A stretch of DNA of 64,000 nt from Microbotryum violaceum (taxonomy: Eukaryota), in assembly GCA_001244265.2 (NCBI GenBank), contig LN717261.1, positions 682,001-746,000 on the forward strand. Reading direction: 5' to 3'. Position 1 is the stretch's first letter, and every line of letters starts with the position of its first letter. Under the pieces are notes generated by a model. It made no database searches. It was not told the origin of the DNA and worked only from the letters and a program-made list of their open reading frames with translations. Both the position numbers and the translations under genes were made by a program. Below, piece by piece: positions 10,623 to 23,920 of the stretch.

Positions 10623-12680
10623 CCAGTGGGAACCCGTTAAATTAACGGGATGATCAAATTCAAAAGAAAAGCAGGATAATCGAACAGTCTACATGATCTC
10701 AGCGCAGAGGTTAAGAAAACATCCTACGAAGTACAGCAAAGATACAAATCCATTTATCCTACATTCATCGCCAAAACAGCCTGCATGTCGCTTGTCGCCG
10801 GACTTGGCTTCAAACACTTGTGCAATGAGATCCGGACGGTTGCATGCTTTGTCATTCAGCCCCAGTGCAGCCTTGATTTCCGGTGCTTCGGGGTCGTACG
10901 TCATCGTGATGAGCAGTGAAGGCTTTCCATGTTTGACAACGCACGCCATCGCATCCTGGTATCGCTGCGTGATGTCGCGCGGTCTATTCTTGAACGTCGA
11001 GCCCAAGGTCATCGAACGTCCAATTGGGTTCGGGGTCAAGCCGTTGATGCCTTGGGTCGTGGTGAGGCGTAGGTTCTCTTGATGCAACCGGATGTGTTGA
11101 GTCGATCGGTCTCGACTTGGGAGTATATCCGTAAATCACAAACTCCAGGAAGGGACGTTGGGTGCAATGCGGGATTGAGAAGTACTCGTCGCCTTTGGCA
11201 AGTAGTGCGCAAAGAATTGTGAACGCGAGACTCGCCACCTCGACCCCTTTACTTGGCCTTCGTCCTAGGTGTTCAAAAGTTCAATGTCAGTCTGTGCTTG
11301 CGCCTTGAACAGAATGGAGCATCCGAGAAAGAGCCGACGTTCACCATCACCATTCTTTTCGTCCCCCGCCGTCTTCATCCTCATCGTCACAGTCTTCGTC
11401 CTCCTCTTCGCCTTCGTCAGCAAGACCGAGACCGGCAAGTACCTCGCGCGGTTGGACACCATTGTCGATCTGCTCTCGGTTTCTGGCGATTGGCAGCCCA
11501 GCTTAGCAAAACCCGCAAAGAGGAATGTTGGGGTGGAAGCCATCTTCCCCTGCAGGAAATAGTAGTGGCTACCGGAGAGGCAACGCAGACGGATGGAGCG
11601 AGCTGATGACTTGGTACTTGGGCCGACCCTCGGGACATCGATCACCGTGCACCTGGAGAATAAGGTCTTGAGGTCCACAATCTCCAGTGTTGGTGTCGGA
11701 ATCGCAGAGAAGCATCGCCATTTCCGTGCTCGACGTAGGAAGGTTGTGGGTGCGTCGGTCTCGGCCAGGTGGTAGGCAGAGGCGCAGGGCCGACTCTTTG
11801 GCCGTCCCAACCTGCGCGGGCTTTGGCCGATGCGAACTCCCTCACAAAGTGCTTCTTGGTACGCAACATGGACTCGAGCTTGGTCAAAGTAGATCTTTGT
11901 ATGCGACTGTCTGCGCCGTCGGGTCCCAGTCGAGTGTCAGTGGCTTCGGCCAGGTCGATGAGCCATATTTGGGCAAAGGCTGGGCGTTGATTCTGGGCAG
12001 GGATCAGGGCGCCAAGTCGATGATAGCGGCGACCGAACACGCGAAACACGGGGAGTCCTAGAGTGCCCAGTCGTGTCTGGTCGAAGTGAAAGACGGCGCG
12101 TTGTTGTGCGACCGGGCGTTTTCGCGGAATGCTTGAGCTCCTGTGTAGGTGGGTTGCACAGTTCAGCATGCGGGTCTACTGTAGACGGATGTTGTTGGAC
12201 GGAGCAACTGACCGCTATCCTTCAAGTAGATTTCGATACTTGGGATCGGGCTGGGAGGGGGAGGTAGCTGCACCTTACCCTGCGAGCAGCACGTGCTGAA
12301 ATGTCCGGTCGACTTCGACCTTTCGCACTCCCAGTGTCGAGTCTTGAAGTGGATACACACGGCCATCTGGGGCCGACGTAGTCGCGGATGGGAACGTGGG
12401 GCTTGAGTGGTTTGAGCGGGGTTCGAGGCCTGTGCACTTGCTCTGCGCAGGAAGAGGTGGTGGTGGGGCGAGCTCAGCGTCGGATCGGCCATCGGGCCCT
12501 CGCGCTGACCACGCTGTCCGTTCTACAAAGCTGTACGGCGGACGCTTATACGGGTCGCAATACCAAGGTCGGTTGATTGTTGTCATTACGCGCGGGGAGC
12601 TGATCCTGTTGATCGGAGCGGGACGAAGAGGAGAGGAGATGAGCGGGGCGCCCAGCGGGTTCATGGTCTCCCCATGTTCC
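10623..12680 (-). mobile_element. Internally deleted, non-autonomous Helitron
   Basis: Minus-strand RepHel N-terminal fragments: C..RHWECER..FSTCCSQGKVQLPP, PVFRVFGRRYHRLGALIP..PAFAQIWLID, and RYQDAMACVVKHGKPSLLITMT (Helitron_like_N). 3' end is a perfect palindrome CCCGTTAAATTAACGGG (10633-10649), then CTGG followed by T. No PIF1 helicase; 5' end not found. Confidence 0.88.
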
Positions 12681-12952
12681 CGCCACCTATGCGGGTCAAA
12701 ATAAGCCTAACAAATATACTACCCCGCGGGCGGCGAGTTTAGGGAGCTTTTTGAAAATTTGGCCCAGGAAAACGCTGGTACGGGCTAGGTGCACCATTGT
12801 CCTGCCAACCCCCAGCCCCCGGAGGCAAAAGTGGTCACTAATCCGGGCATCTGCTACTTATCCCCGCTAATGGTCCTTCTGCCTCAGCACCACGAGTTCC
12901 CCCCACTTCCCTCCAACCAAGGCCTTGCAGGCTCGCACCCATTGCTTCAAGC

Positions 12953-15900
12953 ATGGACATCCTACCACACACACCACCACCCCTACAACCTAGCTCAGCA
13001 TCGCCAGTCGGAACAGAGAAGGGAAAACGCACTGACAAGACCAAGCGCAAGAAGAGCACGACCGTGAGGAGGAGGAGGAGGAAGAAGGTGACCAGCAGCA
13101 ACAAGGACACGTTCGAGAATGGGGCCACGACGTCGGTCGGAACGGAGGAGGAGGCAAAGACGAAGAAGATGAAGAGGAGGAAATTATGGACTAAGCGAGT
13201 ACGGAAAAGGGAGCCATCGTTGTCCCCGGATAGCGAGCTGTTCGAGAAGACGTTCGGCTTCAATTTCGGTATTTTCCGCTCTCCAACGAAGAGGCGTCCG
13301 AAACGTCAGCCGAGCCCTCCCACATCACCATCGGTCCAGAGGTCAACGCGTCGTCGGAAGGAGCATTCGGAGAAATCCATTGCCGGCCTCCACAAATCAT
13401 CGTCCGAGCCTTGGACTGACATTGCCGATGGCGCAACGGCGTGGCCTCTAGACACCGAGACCGGCGGCTTCGAGCACAACTTCAAGCCTAACAGCGCGCC
13501 TGACTTTGAGCCCGACTACGACTTCGGTCGCGACTTCGGCGGTGGATACTCATCTGGACCGGAGCATTCGCCATTCCACCCAGACGGTGCTTCTCAAGAC
13601 CAAGCGCCCTCTTCACTTAAGCGATCGCAGATCGAGAGGAACGCCAAGAAGCAGCGCAATCGTCGCCGGAATGCGAGGGCCGAAGCTAAGACTAGGGCGT
13701 CAAAACGAGCTGAACTTCTCCAGGCGTACCTATTGATGAAGAAAAAGGCCAAAGAAGTGCTTCGACAGAGCGGGTTTGTCCCTTCCCCGGACGACGAGGG
13801 GTGGTGCGACGCATGTCATGAACGCCGAGTCACCAGAAAGGTCCGGGTTGTCGACCTGTTCTTTGCAGGTAGGTGCTTCTGCTGCATATCTTTTGTCAAT
13901 CACCCCTACGCTATCGTCTTGGACTGATTTGATATCCCCCAACCATGAGCAGGCATGCGAGAACTACGATACTGCCCATGCTATCCCGAGATCCAAACCC
14001 TGGCAGCTCACGGTCTTCTCCCGACGTCGTCATCTTCAATCCGAAAAAGAGAAGGCATCACCGCATTCACCTTTCGCACGATCGAATATCTCGACACCTA
14101 CTGGGGGGTAGATCCTTTTGGTATCTATGACATGTCCGAAGCGCTCATTCTCTTTTGGTCCTCTGAATTATCCTCGGAGGATCCTTTTAACAAGGTGGGC
14201 TCTGGGACAGGGACAGGCCGGAAACATTCACTGTTTCTTACAGAAAATATTGGAAGCTTCCCAGGGTCCAACCGTGCGTCAGCATCTTCAAGCCGCAATG
14301 GATGAATATCGATTTATGCAACAGCTGCAGGCAACTTTGACCGCCGAATTTATCGGCCTCTCCCGCGCGAGCGTCTGGCCGACGTTTGTCCGGCATGTTT
14401 TGGGCCTCGGATCGATAAAGCCGGCAAGAGCGAGAATGACCTCGATGTCATCATTGCTGTCGACGGCAATTTTCAGCATCGACGATTCGCGCGGGCAACT
14501 GCTGATCCTCTCAAGTCACGTCCAGCGTTATTCCTGTCACCAGACAAGATTCGAAACGAGCAAGCTTTGATCGACGGATCGACTGAAGCGGGCGAGCAGG
14601 TACCTTGGTGCTGCTGGTGTCGGGTCACCCGAACCCAATAATGCGTTGACCCGACTGTCTGTGATTGCTAAACGGGCTATTCTATCATATAGGACGAATG
14701 CACAGCGAACTGGAAGGCCGCAGATAGTGGTGTGACCTCCGCTTCGTCAAATGTAGTAGCCGACACAGGCCTCGTTGCTGCAGTGTGCCGTCATGATCAT
14801 TGCCTGCGACTTTGCAACCTTCATCAATCAGGTGAAAAGTATGTGTGGACCGGCCATCTCTGACTCCAGGCAAGGACACTAATAAGCGAGTTTGGTCTAC
14901 CGCAGGTTAGTATATCCCGTGTCGCTGTTGAAATGGATTCTCGAAGAAGTTGAAGTCGGAGAAACGGATTGTACTACGGGACCTGCGCGTACCAGTGACG
15001 CTACAAACGTCGGATCCAGCTCGGGATCGGGCTCCCACCAAAGTTCGAGTCAGGATCGAAGTCGCGTTGGAGTCGCGTATGATATCGCCTGCAACTTATC
15101 TTATCGTCGCACTTACGCCGTGTGAGTTTGTTCGTGACACTCAGCCTGAGCATTGGCTTAGTCCGTAGCTGAAGAGCTCATCTCTCCCCGGTATGCGCAG
15201 CGCAATCTTCTGGCAGACCACTTACCGCGTCTAGAATTTGCTCTCTCGTCGATGCATGCCTATGCGCACAAGTGGTCCTGCCAGGTTGACTTTGATCCGC
15301 GCTTTTTACCCAGTTTTGGTTTGACTGATGCCGAGGGAGCCGAGCGCTTGTGGTCGTAGCTTCGAGGCATGATACCCATGAATCGATCATCCAGTGCCTC
15401 CCATCGGCTGGAGAACATCAATCGTCGAGCGTCTGCTTATAACAAGCAGCATCTGGCCGAACTTGGTTCGCCTAAGCGTTCAGTCTTTCATGCACTACCT
15501 TACCATGTCGCTGATCTTTGGCGTATCGATCATGCCCAGTGACCAAACTTAATTCTCGACTCAAAAACGCAATCAAGCTCAAGGCCGAACCCTTCAGAGT
15601 CATTGCTGAGGTCGTTAATCGCTCCGCCGAATGGACGGTCGCTACCCTCCTTGAACAATGACACGCGCAACGTGCAGCGTCCAAGCAGATCCCTCTGAAA
15701 TAGCAGCGCAAAGAGGTAGCCGAGATGCGCAACGTCATGTTCAAGCTTGAGCTGATTAACAGAGACATCGCAGCATGCCGGTGGGTCTGAGCTATCGTCG
15801 TCGTTTGGGAGTGAGACACGAACCGGTAACCTAACTTCGGTATTCATTTTTCGATTGCTACAGGGAAGACCTAGCCTGCGTGAACACCATAGATACGAAC

Positions 15901-17148
15901 AAGCTTATAGAACAGTCGACTCAACTTCAACAGCAGGCCAAACAACGGCAGGTTCTTGATGATCGACTGAACTCCTTACGCACGTCGGACATAAACATCA
16001 GTGTCCTGGACCCTGGTACGTCACTCCCTTCTTCCATTCTGACCCTCTGGTGTGATCCCCGTTGTCCTCGCTTAAATATATCAATACCTTTGATTGGCAC
16101 GGACTATGAATTTGCCTGCACATTGATTATCGCATCTCGCTCGCTGTGGGACTTGGTCGTACAATATCGACAGGGAGCTGAGAAGCTGCGGCTCCCGTGC
16201 CTAGGCGGTAAAGCCCTCGGTAGGAAATCCATGGTACGAGTCTTCTGCGCCGGCAGAAGGAACGCTGATGTGTAGCAATGCCAGCTCATAGGTACGAAAG
16301 CGGCTGGTCTCCTGGTCAAGAATCTTAATTCTTTGCGTCCAAGACTCATGAAGGCAGTGGCGATGTATAACGACGAGGTGAAAAAGTATGCTGCCATCCT
16401 CGCCAATTCTGAGGATTCCCATTCGATCTTGAGAACCCGAAGGGTACCGCCGTCAGCCCCAGAGGATCTCAACGAACTGCTCAAACTTGACATCTTGGCG
16501 CCGCTCTGGAACAACGGATTATATAGTCATCCCACTGAGCCGTGGGCCTACGATGATGATGTTCGTGTCGGCATTCCAGCAGTATTGTCTCGCGCAAGAT
16601 GCCAGCAAGAAATCAAGCGACTTGGATGGGAAGTGCGTCGCATTGGACGGTGGCTGATAAGCCGTCGCAAGAGGTTTCAGCAAGTTCGCCAGCAATCACT
16701 CCAACGAGATGAGCAGGATGACTCTGCGATGATGATGCTCGAGCAAGAAGAAGAGCGTCTTAGAAATATTGCGCGCCGATGGTTTTCGAAGGGCGGCCTA
16801 GATCACCTGTGGGAATGCACTCGGCAAACCGGCGAACCGCAAGTGGAGGAGTGGGTCGAGCTTCGAATGTGGTGCACCGACGACGTTGATGTTTTTCAAC
16901 GAACCACAGCGGGTGGCTTGCCGGATCACACATGGCCAGACTGCATCAATGATGGGATGGTCGGAGAGTCAGACGACATCACCACGGATCATGACACCCT
17001 TCTTGACATCAGTGATCATTCGAGCGATGATCCGAGTCATCATTCCGTCGACACTACCGATTACGGCGCCTTCAGTCACGAGATCAATGAGAACTTTGAT
17101 GAAGACGATGGCGATTTTTTGGGGGGATTTGATATTGATCATATATAG
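12953..17148 (+). pseudogene. CxC1-like + KDZ transposase, multi-exon, disrupted
   Basis: WCDAC..KVRVVDLF; CELRYCPCYPEIQTLAAHGLLP..AFTFRTIEYL (CxC); CPACFG..IIAVDGNFQHRR; CTANWKAA..GLVAAVCRHD; VGVAYDIACNL; GLTDAEGAERLWS; EPWAYDDDVRVGI..RCQQEIKRL; acidic C-terminal tail. Confidence 0.85.
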
Positions 17149-19265
17149 TTGCAGTCTTTTGCCCAGTTGCTACTTGCACTAGTAAAGAGATCAACGATGC
17201 GTTCATTCGCTAGTAATTCTACCCGTTATACGACGCTTCGCCAGGAAGTGCAACAAGAGCGATCAGACATCCAAGACCCGGCATCGCTAAATCGTTCGAT
17301 CTTGCGGTGGCTCGCCTAATGTCGCTCGAGTAAAGCTGGCAGCCGGAGCCCAACACGACCGGTAAGATTTAGAGGAAGAGCGCGCTACACTGAGGGAGTG
17401 AACACAAGCGTCCATTGCATCTTTGTTGCACTGACTGCACTGAGATCTCCTACATGTAGACCGCGCTCCCTGCCAGTCAGTCACATGCGCAGTCCGTGTC
17501 GTGCCTTGGGTGACACTTCCCAAACAGTCAGCAGGGATTGCAAAAGTACTTATTATATTCCAACACTGCCGAATACGTTTTGATGTATACTTGAACGAAG
17601 TCCTGATCCAGCTCACAGTCCCAAGTCGTACAAAGGTCTTCTGTGGTGTTGCCACGGCCACTCCGAGGCTCACACTCGCCCAGCTCCGTAGAGTGTTTGC
17701 CTCGGCACTTGGTTGATGACTTTTCAAACGCAAGGACCAGAAGTTGATCACCCCTAACAGTCTTTTCCTGTATGATGTAATGAGTCATACATTGGTGGCA
17801 CTTTAATGAGCTCTTTGCTAAGTTGCTTATAGCCAGCGTACTGCTTTGTCGCAATTCCTTCCTGCGTAGTTCACACGCTCACTGTAATCTCGATGCGAAG
17901 TACGTCATCACGGGCGCTTGCGTTTCAACAGTCGAACTGCAGCAAGTCATAGTCACCCATACCCAAAGTATTGTGCTGTATTTGACTGAACAAAGCCACG
18001 AGCGAGTCAGACTCACCTTGATACACCCCTTGCTCTGTCGTTGCTCTACGTTTTCTCATCGCATTAGGCGGCTTGAGAGTTCTGCACGCTGTTGTGGCCT
18101 AGGCCTCCTAATATCGACCGACCGACTGCCTTGCCGTGGTTTTCGGCGATGACAGGTCATATAGTCTTTTGTGACACCAATCAGGGCTCAAACCCAAGGT
18201 GGACAACACGTCGTGTTGGAGTCAGACTGAAAGTACCCAAACCGGGAAGGTGTTTTCAAAGTTCTTTTCGACGGGACATACCGTCTTGTCATCATTGTGA
18301 TGGTCATCTTCTTGGTCTTCAGTTGGGTCTTATAGTTGCGACGATGGGTGAATTCAGGATGGGACATGAAAGGAGAGGTCGAGCTGTCGTCTGACCCCTG
18401 TATTGCAGTCCCACCGAATGGCCTCACAGTTGTCCACCGTCCGGTTTTGCGGCGCGCAGGCAGTTAAGGGTTATGCAGTGGCAACCGGTTCGACCTGAAG
18501 GTGAAGTCAGATTGTATCTAAGGGAAGAAGACAACGGTAGGCCAAAAGGTCAAACAGACTTGTGCAACGAGACCCGGTCAATGGTACGGTGCCTTCGGAC
18601 GAAGCATGGATACATGGATATGATAATGATTAGGAGGGATCGGTTCGCAAGTGTGTTTGAAACGGGAGGCGCAAGAAACGGCGATGAGGTCGAAGTTGGA
18701 AAAGGTGTATGGCCATTTGGTTGTACATCACAAGTTCAGAAGAAGAAGAAGAAGAAAGAGGAGATGCGTCGGCCGAGAGCTATTCTAATTTCGTTGACCC
18801 AAAGGTAAATAGATGCGCAGAGATGTCGCCTTGCCCGGATGCGAGCGCCACCCCGTTGTGCTGCGGCCCATGCGGTGCGCCCCGAGTCCTTGTAGGACAA
18901 AGGTGCGGAACGATTGGTTGTGAAGAAAGACTCCAGCGTAATCTCTGGAAGGGGGGCCGTAGATGAACGGGATGCCGGCGCCCGGAGCACACAGGGGCCC
19001 CGGGCCTTGGCGTAGGAAACGGTCCGCTGGGGGGGGGGGGGGGGGGGTCGAGTATGCCCAGTGATCTTGGCGGAGCCTGACAGAATGAGCGTTCTGATGG
19101 TATTGATTTACAATCCTGTTAAGATTAATTGCCACAATCAAGATGGCAGCTGAGACGCTGTATGCGTGCATGACAATCATCTGAAACTAAACTCAAGGAT
19201 CTACACTGAAAGACGCGTCACAAACCACAGAGACATAACAAATATCGGTCATCTTGCAGACCGAC

Positions 19266-21038
19266 TCAGAGCATAGTATGCCCAAAGAAAGACATAAGAA
19301 CGGTTTCACATCGACGATGTTTTGCTTCATTCATCCTCCGGTCTCCTCCGCTACCCCCCGCTATTTTTTTCTCTATCTTTTTCTCCGCTATTTTCTCCGC
19401 CACGTACCTCTCCGCCTTCGTCCCGGCTCCACCAAATCTTGGGCTCAGGGGTCCTTCTCCGCCATTCAAGTCATTGTCGCTTGCCTCTGCCTCCGTGTTG
19501 TCGTTCGGGTCCGCCGAGGGTACGATAGCGAGGCGGCCGTGACGGAGGTCGTCAATGATAGCCTTGAGCTGAGCAACGGTTTGCTTGGGCGATGTCTCTG
19601 CACTATGATGCAGAGCCATTTCGTATCTACTCTTCGTTCCGGGCTTGGTCCGCAATTTGACACCCAGTGCCTTCAAGCCCTGGGTAGACCACATCATCTT
19701 CTTCTGAGGTGTGAAAGCGCCTGTCGATGATCCCGTGTCGGAACGGCGATGTATAGTCTCGAGGGCAGAGTCTGTAAAGACGGAAATGATTAGCACGGAG
19801 TCGAGCCCGATCAGATGCAGACTACTTACTGAGTTGGGCGCGGAACAGAGTGCCTTGTCATTTGCCAAGAACGCCACGAGTAGCACGGTCCATCGAGCGA
19901 GTTCTTGCTGATAGATGAGACGAAAATATATGTCACATAATTGGTAACAGTAACTTGGTCTCATGCGCGTATAACTTGCGATGAAAGGCTCACCCTCTTT
20001 CAGATCTGCCGCTTCATTGGCCTTGAGTGTCTCATCCCAGCTCATCTTGGAAGCAAAATTAGACAACAAGGAATTGCCGGATGGATCCTTGAAGTCGTTG
20101 CAGTGAGCTGCAAATCTGAGCCCACCTATCGAATGCACGGTCGCCTTCGTCGCTGGCGACACGTCGTCTTGATAACGAGGGACAATAAAGGCCAGGGTTT
20201 CCACTCCGTACAGCTTGGACATGCGTTGCGCCAGGTCTCGCAACTCTGCAATGTACTTTTTGCATTGCTCCATCCGAGTTGGGGAAGGAATGTCGGATGG
20301 CGACCGTGTGATGATGGTGGGTGGTACTATCGAAGTGAAAGTCGTATTACCTCCGGCCTCTGCCGCTGCAAAAGCCGCGCGAACAAGCTCTTCATCGTCC
20401 TCGCCAAGTTGGGCAGATGCGAGGTCCCCCTGGTCTCTCAGGAAGTTCCAGAGGTGAGCGGCAAGTTTGGTGATGGATTGCGATTTCGACTGATCCGATT
20501 CTGAGTACGTTTGACACACCCAGGGTATGTAAGAACAAACATTGCGGACGCAGCGGTAAGCATAAGCGAGAGCGTAGGAGAGTGGAGTGGGCATGACCGG
20601 AAGCGCCCGGAGGACCACTCACCCTTGCTTGCTCGCTAGTGTAAAACCTTGATTACAGGGTCCGAGAAGTCTAGACCACGCATTGCTCTTCGAAGCGAGC
20701 CTGTCGAACTTTTTGACGGCCTGAACGAGCCTTGCATGGGATATGCCGAGTTTCGCGGCCATCTTGAACTCCGAGTAATATCTTCGAGCGGCCCAGCGCT
20801 TCAGCGAGGTCCACTTTCTTTGACTCATACGACCGGTCGCGTTCCGATGCGAGCCATGTATGGCCGTCCAGAGCCTGATAGCTCTTCGATGGTCGATCGC
20901 GATATCTTCAAACTCGCTCTCACTGTGACTGTGACTGTCACTTTCACTGTCACTGTCGTCAGCCGAGGATTGACTGGAATCGCCCAAATTGGGCTCGTCA
21001 GAGTCGGAGTCGGACGAAGGAGTTTGGGGCATGGGCAT
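19266..21038 (-). CDS. KDZ-element cargo gene, unknown function (acidic Ser/Asp N-terminus, helical domains), multi-exon
   Basis: Long ORFs 20619-21038 and 19266-20618 with intron-like GT..AG segments. Lies inside the KDZ TIRs, convergent with the transposase. Confidence 0.55.
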
Positions 21039-22316
21039 GCGCCGCTTTCTCTTCCGAGTCGGGCGTCGAGACGGTTCATCCAGAATTGTACTGGCTTGTG
21101 AGGAGGCTCGACGACTTTGATCGTCCCTCCGACCTGCAAGAGGTGTGAGAGAACAGAGAATTCTTCAGCTGTCCGTCAGGATTGAGTAGATAGAAGGATG
21201 AGGTTGATGACTGGCACTCTGCTCTCAGCCCTGCTACAAGGGATCTCAGTTGGCACACCAGACAAGAGCACTCACTCGGATGAGCGCCAAAGGAAATAGA
21301 CTCTGCTGGAGAACCTTCCCTAGATCCCACGCGTATGTCTGACGGTCGCGTCATGGTGGAGCAACACAATTAGGCCCATGAGGGAGATGTGAGGCGGGGA
21401 AACGCGTCCACATACCTCCAGACGGCAATAGCATCGATGTTTGTTCAACAGGCGCGGGGAGGTTTCAACATATTGAGATGCGGGGCGTGGCGTGGGTCAA
21501 GAATGCGCGTTGTCGCGTTGACGTGAGTGTGCAGAGGTCAAAGTGTTAACGCAGAGCGCTCGCCAATCTGAGCTCCGCGTGCGGCCGCGCAGCCCCGCCT
21601 TAATTTTGCCTCTTCAATTACTCTCTAGGAATTGATGCAGGACTGATTGGCGCTGGACCCAAGTCGATCGTCCGAAGGGGCTTCACTAGATATTCATCAT
21701 ATAAAAAAAGGTGCACACCGTTCAGAATAAGCGTTTGTCTGCTCGAGGACCGATCCAGGATTCCAGGGACCAGGACCGATCCCTCCCTCGGGCCCAATAG
21801 ACGCGGTGTGTACTCCCTCCGTCGTATCCAAATTAACGAATATGAGAAAAGGTCTACACAGGATCTGTCGTGCACATATCAGTTGATGGTATACGGAACT
21901 ACACGAATTGAATGGACTGAGTACGACAAGCTGTATGACATTTATGACATAATTCGAACTTACGACGGAGTCTTCGGAAAGTGTTATTCGTGATGATGGT
22001 GAGTCTTACACGAACTAGTGGCCCCTTATTACTTATGACCATTTGAGGTGCACTGCGCCGGGGTGGGATGGGGTGGGGAGGGCATTGGTGCACCCGACCT
22101 GTACCAACCTCGAACCGGGCCAAAAAACAAAAAAGCAGCCTTAACTCGCCCGCACGGGGGAGCTCATTTGGCTGGGTTAACGGACCTGCCAATCTGGGCG
22201 CTTTTGCGCTCTCTTGCGCTCGGGCTCCCTCCCAAATGGAAAGTCGATCGACGCGATCGGGGTACTTCCCCTTGCACCAAAGCTCGCCGGCTACCTCCGC
22301 GCAGGTCCGCTTCTTC

Positions 22317-23920
22317 TAAGGTGCACAGCGCGGCAAGACTTTTGTAAACATTCCAACTGAAAACTATCACATAATAGCCAGTGCGAGTGCAGGCTCAGAA
22401 CAGACCCGGTCGCTGCGACTCAACTCAAGCAGATTTGGTCAGAGCCGGCGTTTTGGATCGGCAAACGATTCTCGCGGACTTACCGACATCAGCTGGATCG
22501 GAATTATGGTAGATCGGTTCTATCAGCACCAAAACGAATTCTCTTGAACCATATGAATGCTCACTGACCCCGTGCGCCAAATGACCAAACTTGTTGGCAT
22601 AGCAGTGGCGACACCACGGCTGCGGACAAGTGGTAAAGATTCTTCCCAGGTCAGCAGGGGGATCTCACATCCCAAAACAGGCCGGACAATATGACATGAC
22701 TAACCTCTCCATCCTTTTCATTGAGCTGACCCGAAGCTAACGCAGTCGAGCAACCTGCGCACCGCAGGCACCGTCTGGAGACCAAAATTATCACCATGGT
22801 CAGTACGCGAGTCCCAATCGGCCTGATTGCAGAGGTCTTACTTGTGCCACCTATGAGAACCATCGATCGCAGTAAGCGCATATCGATCCAAAAGCCAACA
22901 GTTCATCATAGACTCACTTTGAACCCGCTGCAAGGACGTGCTCTGCAGCGTACACGGTCGTTTGGCACCTCGGGCATAGGTCGCTACTGATTCGACCAGG
23001 AGGGGTCGAAACGGAGGCTCGACCGGCCAAAAATGGTTTCGGAGGTACAGTCGGCCGTGGCATGTTAGGCAACGAAGCTCTTGGCCTGTATGAGTCCGTT
23101 TCAGCCATCCTACTGGGCCCTGTGCACGGCATGTCGGGGGCGGGAGCGGCTTGGGATGCAGAGAATGGAGAATTTGGTGTTGACGCCGATAGTGATGCAG
23201 CCGCGACGTCTTGCGAGTGACCAGATGGATTTTTCGATACCGCACGAGGATCATGGTAGTCTGCGACCAAAGCTCCACCTAAGGACGGAATGTAAGAGCT
23301 CAGCGACGTTGACTCCTAGACTATGGCCCGGCGTGAGCCACGTCGCCTAGACGGGACTGACCGACGCCATATCCTCGAGTCCCGAAGGCCTTGCCATAGC
23401 ACGCCTTACAATACGGCTAAAAATAGGGGTGAAATGTTCAACACTCAGCAACTCTTGAAGTGGTCCCTTTCGGCGGGAACTGCACTTCTCGGCACGCCCC
23501 GGGGCATTCACTCACGTCACCGGCATGGTCCAGCAAGGCCCCCGGCTCGAGTGTCTTGCCACACGAGGAGCACTTGAGACATGGTTTATGATAGATCTGG
23601 TCAAGATGTTACGACGACGAGAGTCAGCCTCAACGGCCAGTGCGGACAGAACCGTCGATGGACACGAGTTGACGCGTGCCAAATGCCGATTCGACGCGAC
23701 TTGTCGGATTGCAGCGATTTGATGGAACAAGGGGCAGCGCGAATTACCTTTCCAGCGGGCCCTATAGTTTGCCTGTTGTACAAAATATCCCGATTGGCGT
23801 GTTACTAATCAGCGATCCACAAGTGAAGGGTTCCACTGCAGGCGCGCTCGAACGAGTCAGGCGTTGACTGACTCCGCAAAGTAGACCGATTTGCCACAAT
23901 ATGTGCATCTGCAGTACCCC
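22317..23920 (-). CDS. Two-LIM-domain cysteine-rich protein (CRP-like), many short exons; ends approximate
   Basis: LIM1: CTYCGKSVYFAE / QTIGPAGK / IYHKPCLKCSSCGKTL..LLDHAGD / PYCKACYGKAFGTRG. LIM2: LCPRCQTTVYAAEHVLAAGSK / WH..CLRCAGCSTAL..LNEKDGE / PWCRHCYANKFG. Confidence 0.85.

Larger units (their letters stand above)
12683..22198 (+). mobile_element. Kyakuja/KDZ DNA transposon copy 1 with imperfect ~150-bp terminal inverted repeats and cargo
   Basis: 12683-12830 aligns by eye with the reverse complement of 22046-22198 (..GGCGAGTT.AGG..GCTTTTT...TTTGGCCC.G...GGTAC.GG...GGTGCACCA.TG). The element encloses a KDZ transposase. Exact termini and TSD unresolved. Confidence 0.7.
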
